A stretch of 59,149 nucleotides of DNA from the NCBI GenBank assembly GCA_001724265.1, contig MEDY01000031.1, forward strand, positions 62,001 to 121,149, given 5' to 3'. Below, one piece after another: positions 1 through 12,000 of the stretch. This stretch comes from Rhizaria sp. SCN 62-66 (Eukaryota). Every line of letters begins with the position of its first letter. Positions within the stretch are counted from its first letter, which is position 1. Position numbers and translations under genes: made by a program. The notes below the pieces were generated by a model. That model saw only the letters and a program-made list of their open reading frames with translations. It made no database searches and was not told the DNA's origin.

Positions 1-3000
1 TCTGAGTAGCGTCGGACTTGCCGGATGCCTTGAGCGTGAAACCGGAGGGCGAGAGAGGCGCGCGCGACGGGCCCTGCGTGGGCGAGCTCACGGTCTGCAG
101 CGGCGCCTGCGAAGCGGCACTCGCAACTGAAGGCGCCGCACCCGCGTCGAGTGAAAGCGCCTGCACGGTGGATACCGCGGGACTGGGCGACGTGAGCATG
201 TGGCTGCGCGGCGAGAGACCGAGGCCGAGCGCGGCGCGGGGCGAGGTCAACGGCGCGGGCGTGCCGTCGATGCCTGGAGACGACGACTGCGGTGAGAAGG
301 GACGCAACGGCACAGGGGACATCGCACGCGCCGGCGTGCCGGCCCGCGACAACGCAAGACCGGCCGCGCTGGACGCTGCAGGGGGCGCGAGGGTGGAGCC
401 AGAGCCAGCGAGCGTCGCGGCGGCGGCAGCAATAGCTGCTTGCTGCTGCGAAGGGAACATGTCACGCGGTGCGGTGCTCCGGTTGGCGCGCGCGGAGAGC
501 CCGCCGTTGGCGACGCTGGGGCGCGGCGACACGGCGCCCGTCAAGGCAGCGGCCTGCGTGATGGCCTCGCCCCAAAGCAGGTCAAGCGCGGAAAGAATAC
601 CGCTAACGCCAGTGGCGGCCTCGAGGTCAGACATCGACGCCGCCTGCACCTGTGCAACATCGTCGCCGACGCTTGCGGCGCTTTGGCCGGCAGGGAGCGC
701 AACGTTGGGCACGGCATGCGAGCGGTCAATGTCTTCGATCACCTGCGCGAACGACAGCGGCGACACGAACGATGCAAACACACCCGCAGGCGACGCGCTT
801 GGGGCCGGGACAGGCGATGAGTTGCCGGTGGGCGCAACGGGCGAGGTGGGCGGCATTGCGTTGGACCCGAAGAGGCCCATCTTGCAGCGCGTCGCAGCCG
901 CAGCGCCAGCATTGGCGCCGAACATCGGGACGTCCTTGCCCAGCGCAAATGCGCCGGCGTCGCGCAGCCACTCGGTGTATGTGTGCGCGGCGTACGCCTT
1001 GGTCTGCGGGTCTTTAGCCCACAGCACGAGAAGTGGCGAGTGCGGTAGCGGCGACCCTGCGGCAACGACGCCGTCAGCGCGCTGCGGCACCGTGGACACG
1101 ATGGTGCCGTATAAGATCGACGGCGCAGCAGCGACAGGCACGCGGCGTGAAGGCAACAGCTGCACGCCGGCCATTTCAGGCTGCGTGAAACCCAGCAGCC
1201 GCTCAGGACCGGCGGGGTCGGGGCCGGCGCTGGCATGCGCACGCGGAGCCGTGTGTCCAGGTGTAGTAATCTCCTTGCTCCACTGCAGTCCGCCTTCAAG
1301 CGCAGTCTCGGCGGACAGGATCGATGCGCAGATCGAGTTGGGTCGTTGTATCACCACGCGCAGACGCCGTGCGAGCGATAGGTAGCGCGCGGCGGGCGCG
1401 GCAGGCGCCGCTGCAGGAGCGGGTGCAGACGGCCCGACCGGCACGGCGCTCACTGCACCCGCGGCGCCAGTCCGCGCGGCGACGGGGGAGCGCACCTTAC
1501 TCTGCTCCGATGCCGCGGAGTCGCCCGTGGGCACCACGACAAGCGGCTCGAGCATAGCGGGCGTCATCACGGGTAGTCCGTTAGCGTCAAGTGCAGGCTC
1601 GGCAGCAGATGCACCAGCTGTGGCAGCAGTGGCGAATGAGCCAAACATGGCAACAGGCTTGGAGTGTGGGAACAGGTCGTCATCGCCGTCCGGACCCGTC
1701 AGCGGGCTCATGAGCGCCGCAGCGGCCGCGGCCTCGACGGCTGCGGTTGAGCTGCGTCCATCACCTGACGTGCGCGAAGGACGCGCGCTCGTGTCTGTGT
1801 TGCCGGTGGCGATCATTCGCGGCGAGCTGCCCAGAATACGCGCGACAGCATCGCCGTCATCCTCGGGCTCGGCGTCTGCGTCGTCCTCAAGCATCGATAC
1901 GAAGCGGCCCAGTGGGGGCGCTGTCGACGTCGAGGGGCGCGGGCCCGGAGAGCCCGGCTCGGCGTTTGACTCAGCGATCATCACCACGGGCGCGACCGCG
2001 GGAGCGAGAGGTGTGGCGTCGGCTCCATTCTCAGCGTTTGGACTACACTCGTCGTCAGAGCGCTCGCCGCTGAGGCTGTTGTTGTCCTCAGAGGAACTCA
2101 TGGCGCGCTGATTGTACTGCGCCTGCAGCTCCTGCAAACGTGCGCGACTGGTCGACACCTGCTCAGGAGACGACGCTGAAACGTCATTGCTGGGGACCGC
2201 CTTGACGGGTGTGATGGAAGCCGAGGTGGTCGCAGCAGAAACCTTTGGAGCAGATTTAGACTCGGCGGTGTTTTGCATGGAGCGCTCTGCGTCGCACTCA
2301 ATGATTGGTGTCAGATAGTAGAGGCCATTCGCGTCGATGGTCACACCGTCGGCGGCAGGCACTGGCGCGACAGGAGCGGCCTCAACGACAATCGCGGTCT
2401 GCTTAGGCTGCTGCTCGGAAATGTCCAGCAAAAGCGCCGTGCCAGAGCCTGAAGTTGGACAAGACGCCGCCTCGTCGAAAGATACATGCGAAGCCGCCTC
2501 AGATGTAGGACCTTCCTGCGAGGGCGCGAGGCTCTGAGGCGTCTGGGCCAGCGGGTGCTCGGTTCGCATGGCAAGCGACCCCGCGCCGTGGCCCAGCGTG
2601 GACTCGACCGGCGACGACACCGTCATGGGCGCGACTGAAGGCGACAACTTTGCAGCCGTGTTGCGCAGCGGCGCAGACACGACGCGCATAGCAGGCACCG
2701 GCGGCGATAGATAATCGGAGCCTGCAGCTGTTCGGCTCGACTCGATCTGCTGGTCAGCCCGTTCAGCGTCAAGACGGCCAATCGCATCGACGACGAGCGC
2801 TGCCGCGCGGTTTTGGAGCTCGCGCTGCACACGCGTCGGGGTGTTGCCCGTGCTCGCCTCTGAAGCGACGAGGGTCGCGACAGCTAGCGCACGCGCACGC
2901 GCCTCGCGCGACATCAGCGGGGCCGAGGCCGCGCTCGCGCTGCTCGATACCACAGAGACGCTGGTCGAGCGCGCCAGGTCTTGCGTCGAAGGTGTCTGCA

Positions 3001-6000
3001 TTGCACCGACAGTGGCACCATCCTTATTGATGCTTTTGTCCGACAGGTCACTGCAGTTAGATCCTATGTGACGCAGAGAGAAGTCAAAGTCCCTGGCCGC
3101 AGGTTGTACAGCAGACGCTGTCAGAGTGATGACTGTGGGTGTCTGCGCAGCACTGATATTGATCTCAATCAGAGCCGAGTTGACAAGATTCGCCGCGCGA
3201 GACTGCAAAAGAGCTGTGGAGTCCTTACCCTCGATCTCAGCCAGTGCCGCTTGGACAAGCTTTGCAGCGCGCGACTGCAGGGTGGACTTCGCCTCGTCAT
3301 GCTTTATATTAGACAGCGCTGGTTGGACAAGCGTCGCAGCACGCTTCTGAAGCGATACGATGGCGTCACTCATGTTAATTTCGGCCAGTGCTGATTGCAC
3401 AAGAACCGCCGCGCGCGATTGCAGCGATGCCACTGCGGCGCTGTGATTGAGCTCAGCCAACACCGCTTGCACGAGTATTGCAGCACGCATCTGCAAGGCT
3501 GACGACGGTTCGTTGTCGATCTCCGCAAGAGCAGCCTGCACAAGCTTGGTTGCACGCGTCTGCAAGGATGCAGTCGCGTCGCAGTGATGGAGCACATCAA
3601 GCGCGGCGCGGGCAAGCTTGGCGGCGCGAAACTGTAACGAGGCCGTCGCGTCGGCGTTCTTCAGGTCAGTGAGAGCGTCCTGGACAAGCTGGGTCGCGCG
3701 GGTCTGAAGAGACGAGATCATGTTACTGGTCTGAATCTCGGCAAGAGCTGCGGTGACAAGATTGCCCGCGCGCGACTGGAGTGATGAGGTTACATTACCG
3801 ACATTGATCTCTGCAGGAGCCACTTGAACAAGCGTTGTTGCGCGCGTCTGCAGCAACACCGTCACGTTATCGGTCTCGATCTCGGCCAGTGCAGCCTGCA
3901 CCAACTCGGAAGCGCGCTCCTGGAGCGGCAACTTTTTGTTGTCCTTGACCTCGGATAGCGCCGCGTGCACAAGGTTAGCCGCACGCGATTGCAACGAAAC
4001 CGACTTTTCACTCTCTTGAATCTCAGCCAACGCAGCTTGAACAAGCTTGGACGCGCGCGACTGCATTGAGGACGACATATCGCCGCTCTCGATCTCGCTA
4101 AGCGCCAATTGCACAAGAACCGCAGCGCGCGACTGCAGCGAGTTCACCGTAGCGTCATGGTTAAGCTCATCAAGAACAGTCCGCATAAGAGCCGCCGCAC
4201 GCGTTTGCAACGCAGACGTCACTCCACTGTTCGAGATCTCGGCGAGTGCGGCCTGCACGAGCATGTTCGCGCGCGCCTGCAGAGAGGACGTTCCACCATC
4301 GTCGTGAGGACTAGCAAGCGCTGCCTTGACAAGCACCGCTGCGCGGGATTGCAAGGAGACGATCTTCTTGTCACTCTCGAGGTCAGCCAGTGCCGCTTCC
4401 ACGAGTTTGGTCGCGCGCAACTGAAGCGAAGAAATCGGCTCTTCGTTACTGATCTCATTCAGCGCTGCATGCACAAGTGATGTGGCGCGCGACTGCAGCG
4501 AAGACGTTGACTCGTCAATATTGATCTCCATCAATGCCGAGTTCACCAGTGTACGCGCACGGGCCTGCAGAGACTCAACCTCAGCACGTTCGATATCGGC
4601 GAGTGCGGCATTTACCAGCTCACGAGCGCGTGTTTGCAGGCTAGTACGTGCATGATCAGCCTTAATCTCGGCCATAGCGGACTCTCTGAGGACCATGGCG
4701 CGTGTCTGCAGCGACTCAGTTGCTTGTGCGGTTGCAATGTCCGCGAGAGCGCTCTGAACCAGATCAGCCGCACGAGATTGCAGCGCCACAGTCTTCTTAG
4801 CAGTCAATGCGCTGTCGAGAGCATGCTGCACCAGCACCTTTGCACGGGACTGCAGATCGTCGTCCGAGGCCGAGACAGGGGTTGCGTCCAAAGCAGACTG
4901 GACAAGCTCTTCAGGGCGAGAGTAAATGTCACCGATGGGTCTCGCAAAGTCGATCTCGGTAAGTGCAGCGCGCACAAGAACTTCCGCGCGCGCCTGAAGA
5001 CCCGTAGGTTCGGAATATCGCGACTTACTTCTCGCCTGCATGACTGTGATGTCACGCAGAGCGGCAGCGACTAGCTTCGCCGCGCGGGCCTGCAAATCCG
5101 CAGTCTTGCGCTCGTGCTCGATTTCCGCCTTGGCCGCCTGCACAAGGCCAGCGGCCCGCGTCTGCAGGTCCACCGGGCCAGAAGAGGGTGGCGCAGGCGC
5201 CACAGAGATCTTCTCAGTCCCAGCCGAGACGACGGACGGTGGTGCGCGGGTCCCAGCGGCCGAGTTGCCCGACGACAACGCGGCAGCACGCGCCCGCAGA
5301 CCCGCTGCGCGCGCCTGGAGGTCGGCGATCGCGCGGGACGCGGCGGGGCGGTCCGCGAACTCCACAGTTGCCGCAGTCACAACCTGTGCGTCGGATGTGA
5401 CGTTGGTGGCGGTGTGTAGCTGCGCAAGAGCGGCCGCGACGAGCTGGGAGGCGCGTGTCTGAAGATCAGACTGGGCAGCGACAGACGGCACGGAGGGAAT
5501 AGCGCTCAGTGTGACGCGCACGGGTGACAAGGCGGCGGCCGGCGGCAGCGGCGGATGCGAGCCGTGGCTGATGCTGTGGCGGATCATGTCGGGCGAGGTC
5601 GGCTGCGACGGCGGCGAGCCCGAGGGTGTGTCGGAGGCGGTGCCCAAGCGGCTGCGGTTGCGCGCGCGGACCTCGTCGAAGTGGTCCGCCTCTGCAAGCA
5701 GTTGGCAGTGGATCGACGACGCCTGCGAGTGTTGGCCCGACACTGCGCGCAACGACGGGACAGAACAAAGGGAGCTGGGTGAGCGCGGCATCGATGACAG
5801 CGACGACGCGTGCGGCAGCAGCGGCGGCGATTGCGCGTTCAACGGCCCGGTGGGCGACTGGCCAGAGACATAGGGCGACAGCATCGGAACAGAGTTCGCT
5901 GGTGAGACGAGTCCAGGCACCACGACGACTGGGGACGAGGCCCCAAACTCGACTTGTCCATCCTCAGTTTGCGGCCGTTGCGCAACCGACTGCGGCGTCT

Positions 6001-9000
6001 GCGAGGTCCGCTTGCTCTCCATCTCGCGCGCGTCAGCAGCGGCGTTGGCTGCGGCCGCGGAAGCGCTGGTCCAGTCGCCCCAAGGGCCGACCGCGCTGCT
6101 GGGGACAGCTGAGGACGTAGACTGCAGTTGCAGCTGCTGAACAGGAATCTGCAGGTCGTGAGCGTCCTCATCGTCCCCGGAGCGCGCGGCATCAGCGTTA
6201 AAAAAGTTCGACGGCGCGGGTGAGCGCGCTGACAGAGACGCCGAGCCCGAGATGCTCGCGGGCGGCACCACAGAGGGCGTGCGCGACGGCACATGGCTCT
6301 GCGACTGTGGCAGCGAGCGCAGCGGCAGCGGGCCGGCCGCGGTGGTGGTGGGCGACGTAACTGTGATCTCGGGCGAGCGCGCGGGTGAGAGGACAATGTT
6401 CGTACTCTGCCCAGACGAGCGCTCGTTGGAAAAGACGGGCGCCAGCGAAGCGAGCACCGGCGCGCCAGAGAGCATCGGGTCGGATGTGGGAAGGGAGGTC
6501 GCGTCCGCTGACAACGACTGCGCGCCCAGGGCTGTGTTGTAGGGCACGAGCATGCTCTCGTCGTACATGTCGTCCTCGGGCTCTGCCACCGCAGCGGGTG
6601 CAGCGGCGGCCTCAAGGGACACCGGCTCCGAGCGCGCCGCGAGCGCGGCCATCGGGTCGACGTACGGCTTGTTGGTGTCGTCGTCCTCCTTCTCATCCTC
6701 GGTAAACATGAGCTCGCTGTAGCCGTCGGAGTTCTCGTGGCCGTCCTCGTCGCCGCTCGAGCCGCCGCGCGCGCCAGAGTCTCTAAGGCGGTCTGACGCT
6801 TGGTTACTGTCGGCCGTGGAAAGATGAGCGACGGACGCGTCGAGCTGACCCGTCGCGAGTTTGAGCTCCACGCGGGCTTGCGCGCCCTTGACTGTGGCCT
6901 TGCGCAGCTGCTTCCGCAGACGTGCGACGGTGGCTTCCAGCGCCACACAACGGCTCTTGAGCGCGTGCGCCTCCGGGGCCTGCACCGGAGACGCGGAGGA
7001 CGCAGCAGCGGAGCCAGTGTTGGCTGCAAGAGTCGCAGAAACGGGCGCCTCAGTGGGCGTCAGCGGCTTGAGCTTGTTGGCGCGCTCGGTCGGCATACGA
7101 AGTGGCGTTGCCACGTCGGGAGTTGCAACGGCACGGCGCGGCGTGGGAACAGGTGTCGAGCGCAAAGGGGGCAACATTCCCGCACGGCTTGGGGAAGTAA
7201 GCGACGCTGAAGCAGAACCGTTGACATGAAGCTCGGAGTCATGCAGCAGCTGCGACAGTGACGCGATGTCGTCGTCAGCGCCGTCATCGTCGGCCTCGCC
7301 AAGATGAGCTGCCGCAACGGCCGCAGCTGCAGCAGCTTGCGCGGCGGCTGAGGCGGAGGGCTGGATGGAGTACTCGTCCAGGTTGGCACTCGCAGCGGGG
7401 CTCGCGCCAGACACGCCCGCCTCGGCGTGGCGAGCCAGCAGCGCAAAGTCGCGAATCAGCACGCGCGCCTCTTCCTCGTCGTCGGCGTCATCGTCGCTGT
7501 CCTCGTCCGACGTCGTTAGAAACTCGTCGTCCGTAGCGTCCGGGATCTCGCCCGCGCGGGGCACAGCCGGCGTCGCCGCCGCAGCGGTGGGCGAGGTGAA
7601 GGGAGCGCCAGGCCAGGCGCCGATCGGTGTCACCGGGGCTGCCACAGACTTGGGGCTGACCACCGTAGCATCGGCGTCGCTATTACCGTCTGCTTCGTGG
7701 TGACGGCGGCTCGTGAAGACAAGCTCGGCGTCGTCGTCGTCGCTTACCACGGCGGACTTGCGCAGCGCGGGGCCACCGACGGGCAGCGCAACCGACTGCA
7801 GCGCCGGCGACGACGGCAGAGTGCGGTCCGCGTCGTGCGCGTCGGCAGCGGCCTCGGTCCAGTCCAGGCTCGCCTCTGCCATGGACAACATGTTCACGTT
7901 CGACTGGGAAGCAGCCTGCTGTGGCGGACGCGACGCAGCGGCCAAAGCGGCGGCAGCGTCCTTGGCCTTCCGGCGCTGCAGCCGGGCTTCCATCTGCCGT
8001 ACTTGCGCCTGCAGAGCAACCACAGCAGCTGTGGCGGAGGCCGCTCCGGGCTCTGGCCCGTTAGCAGCAGCCGCGGCGCCAGCGGCCGTGCGGGGGCGCT
8101 CGGGCGCCTCGGCGCGGCGGCGGCGACGGCGGTCAAGCCCGGCGGCGGCGGCCAGCTGCTCCTTCTCGAGCTGCAGCCGTTCGACCTCGTCGGCGGCGCG
8201 CGCCAGGGCCGTGGCCAGCGCGGATGACCGGCGGTGCTCGCGCTGCAACAGGCGCAGCGCGACGGGGCCGGCCAGCGGGTTCGACAGCAGCATCAGCGAC
8301 GCGCTCGCGCCGGCAGACTCGACAGCGCCGGCGTTGCTCGCGGCGGAAGCTGACGCGGGGCGCTGGCGACGGGGCGCGACCACAGACTTGAGCGCCATGT
8401 CGGTCACCGCCGTGCTGGGCCGCGCGCCCGCGGGGCCGTAGCTCGCGGCCACGGTCGCGGTGCGCGCGTCGATGGCCGCGTTGCGGCGCAGCAACGAGCG
8501 CAATGAGCGCACGACCTCGCCAGTGGAGCCCTCTTCGGCGGGCGCTTCCGCGGCCTCGGCCTCGGCGTCGTCGGAGAGTGACACGTCGGACTCGTCGCCG
8601 TCGCCGCGCGTGGACAGCGAGTCTGCGTGCGGCAGCGCCAGCGGACCGGAGCGCAGCATCAGCGGGCGCAGCGCCGAAGTCACCATCGCCTGCACCTGCG
8701 CGTGTGTCGGTGTTTGTGGCGCCGCGGCGTCGGTGTGCGCCAGCGGCTGCGCGGTGGACGTGTGCAGACTGAGGTCGCCGTCCTCCTCGACGTAGCCAGC
8801 GGGCGCCTGCACGATCGCAGCGGAGTCGGGCTCCATCGCCATCGTGGCTGCAGAGGCACTCGCGGCGGACCTGTCCGTGGCGGCCGCACCGGGTGCGAGC
8901 GCGTCAACGGGGTCCGCGCCCCACGCGGCGGCCACGCGCACGCCAAGCACAACATCGACAAGCTTGCGCTCTTCGGCGGCGCGGCGCTGCCAGGCGCGGG

Positions 9001-12000
9001 CGCGTGCGGCCGCCGCGTTGGCCGCGCGCTGTTGCTGCGAAAGCGTGCGCAGCGCCAGCGCGAGGTGGCTCTGCAGCGTCTCGTGCGACAGAACAGGGTC
9101 CTCGGAAGACAGAGCGGGCGTGAACGTCGACGTCGCGAACGAGATCGGCGCGGGGCCGGCGCCAGACGCACCCGAGGCCGCGCGGCCGCTGCTGGGGCGC
9201 GAGTGCGCGGGCGTCGCGCGCGCGGGTGTGCGAGCCGACGTGGGCGACGCGCGCGGACCCACGGCGGGTGAGGGCGTCACGCGCGCGCCACCGCCGCGCA
9301 GAGGCGTTGTGGTGCGTGATTTAGTTCCCGTTGCCGTCGCGGTGCGCGCCGAGGGGCCCGGTGCGGCGCCGGCAGCGGCGGTGCGGCGTGTGGCCGTGGA
9401 CGGCCGCGTCTCAACACCACTGGTGCCGCGGACACGGACGGGCGAGGTCAATGAAGCAGTACTGCTGCTACTGTTCAGCGTGCGCGCGGGCTGGCTGCTC
9501 GCGGGCGCGACCGATGACGCTGCAGCAAGTGCGGTGGCCAGCGGCACGGGGCGCACGGCCGAGGCCGACGCCGCGATGGCGATGGCCGGCGCTGGGGCTC
9601 CGGGTACGCGCGGCAGTGCGTTTGCGGTGGACGCCGTGGTGGCGTTCTGGCCCAGCGTGAGATCGCGGCCGGCCCAGTAGAGCTCGCTCGCGAGGGCCTC
9701 GTCCGTGCCAGACGGCGCGCCAGCGGAGGCCCCCGCGCCGCCGAGCCGCCACAGCATCGCAGGCGCGGCCACGGACTCGGGTGCGGACGCCGGGAGAGCG
9801 GACGCGTTCACGGCTGTCACATGGGCTAACGTCGGGGTAGATGACGTGGCCGGCAGCGGCGACGGGGCGCGGTTGACGTTGGCGGCGCGCGTGCGCGGGG
9901 TGAGCGGCGCGAGCGTGTTGCGGCCAACCGGCACGCTGGGCGAAAGTGAGGCGGCGCTGGTCGCGGGCGCCACGGCGGGCGACCCGGGCGCGGGGCTGCG
10001 CGCGCGGGCCGCGGACTGGCGCGGCAGCGGCGAGAGCGTGTGGAGCCCGACCGGAACGACTCTGGGAGCGACAGGCGCCGCAAGGCTGCTTGCACTGTTG
10101 TCAATAGGCGAGTCGTTCGAGTCCGCAACATTGCCGGTGACCACGCCTGAAGCAGCAGCAGCAGGAGTGGCAGCCGCTTGCGCGGGCACCTGAGCCGCTG
10201 TCGGCGACACGTCGTCCGCAGTGAGCATCATGCCGACGGCGACCGTCGCGGGCGGCTCTTGCGCGAGCACCGCGGCAGCGCCGGCACCGTCGTCGCTGAA
10301 CTCGAGCGAATGCAGCCGGACGCTGCCGGCGCCGCGGGCCCCGCGTGTGACGCTGCCGGGCCGCGACGGGCGTGGGGTCTCGCCGTCCGAGACGGAGCCG
10401 CCCGGTGAGCGGCGCGCGCCGCAAGGGGAGATAACCGCGTTCTTGGGTGAACGCACGGCGGCCACTGCGGAGGAAGCGGGCGCCTCAATCACCTCCAGCG
10501 GCTGCAGACGCGTCGGGAGCGCCGCAGACGCCGCTGTGAGCGGCTGCAGCGCGGGCGCAGACGCGGACACAAACGCGGGCGCGGGCGCGGGCGTGGACGT
10601 TGCAGCGGCAGCGTGGGGAGCAGTGCGCGTCGCGGATGCGGGGCTGGGCTCAGCCTCAGCAAAGTCGTTGTCGCCGTATCCGTCGCCGTCGTCGCCGCGC
10701 GAGCCCGAATCGTCGCCGGCGCCGGAGAGCTCGCTGCTGGTGGCGTCGTTCTGGCTCAGCAGCCCCACGTCGTGGTGGTGGTTATGGTGATGATGGTGGT
10801 GGTGGGGGGGATGGAGTAGCGGATGCCCCTCGACCCGCGAGAGACTGTGGCCGTGCGTCAGCGTGCCTGGCGACAGCAACGACCCGCCAGGTGTTGTAGT
10901 TCCAGCGCCAGCGTCGGCATTGGCGCCGGAGCTGGAGCCGGAGACCTCACCCATGGCCACGTGCGGCACGATCAGCGCCTGCAGCGCCGACGCAGACGGA
11001 CTGGGGTTGTCGGCCCCCGTGGCACCGGTCGCGAGCGTGCCTGTGGACGGCGCGCTGCTACCGTCGAGGGAACCCAACTGCGACGCGTCGACCGTCTCTG
11101 ACATCGTTGCCGTGGTCGCAGTGCGGGCCGGCGCCGCGGCGGAAGCCTGCGCAGCCGCAGAGGCCTGCGCCGCGGCCCTCACAGCGGGCACGCGGCCGAC
11201 TGCCACTGCGGGCGCGGCGAAATTGATGGCCGCGACTGCGGAGCGACTGGCGCTGCCATCGCTGCCAGTGTCCGCGGGACCCGTCGGCGCCGCGGCGGGC
11301 AGGCGCGCCGGCGCGCCCTCGGACTCGGCGGCGCCGGTCGTCGCAGCGGCGGGCATGGTGGCGTCGGCAGCAGCGGCGGCCTGTGCGGGCGCGCGCGTGG
11401 GCGAGAAGCCCGGGATCATGCTGATCTGCGCGCGGCGCTGCGGCGTGCGCGCGTTAGCATTGGCGTTGGCATTAGGCGCGGCGGGCGAGCCCCCCGCAGC
11501 GGCCGTTGCCGGGACAGTGTACGCAGCGAACGCCGCCGCAGCGGGCGCGGGCGCACCGGCGGCGGCGTTGGACGTGGGCGACGGGAAGGGCGACGCGTCG
11601 CGCTGCGGGGAAGCCACGGGCTGCGACACGTGCGGCGTTGGGGCCGGCACGGTGAGGTCGGGCGGTGCGTAGTCGACCGAGCCCGTAGCAGCGGCGGCGG
11701 TAGACGAAGACGAAGACGACGCGGAGGATGAGGAGACAAAGGACGCGGCGTACGGCGTGGGGACGTACCCCGGGTAGCCGTGCGCGGTCGTGACGTGCAT
11801 GTTCGCGTGGCCCGGGGCGACCGAGGGCGCGACTGAGTGCCCGATTGACGTCACGAATGAAAAGCGCGAGGTCGACGCGTCCGACGGCGCCGGGCTCGCG
11901 AACATGTCGTAGCGCCCGTTGTGCATGCTGTGCGAGCCCTGCGGTGGCGCCAGCGCGTCGACACCGGGCGTCGCAGTCGCCGCCGAATGGCCGCTCACGT

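Noticed and set aside
3170-4860. 72-bp periodicity as a CRISPR array or satellite
   Set aside because: No identical DNA repeats with spacers; conservation is at amino-acid level inside an ORF; eukaryotic context.
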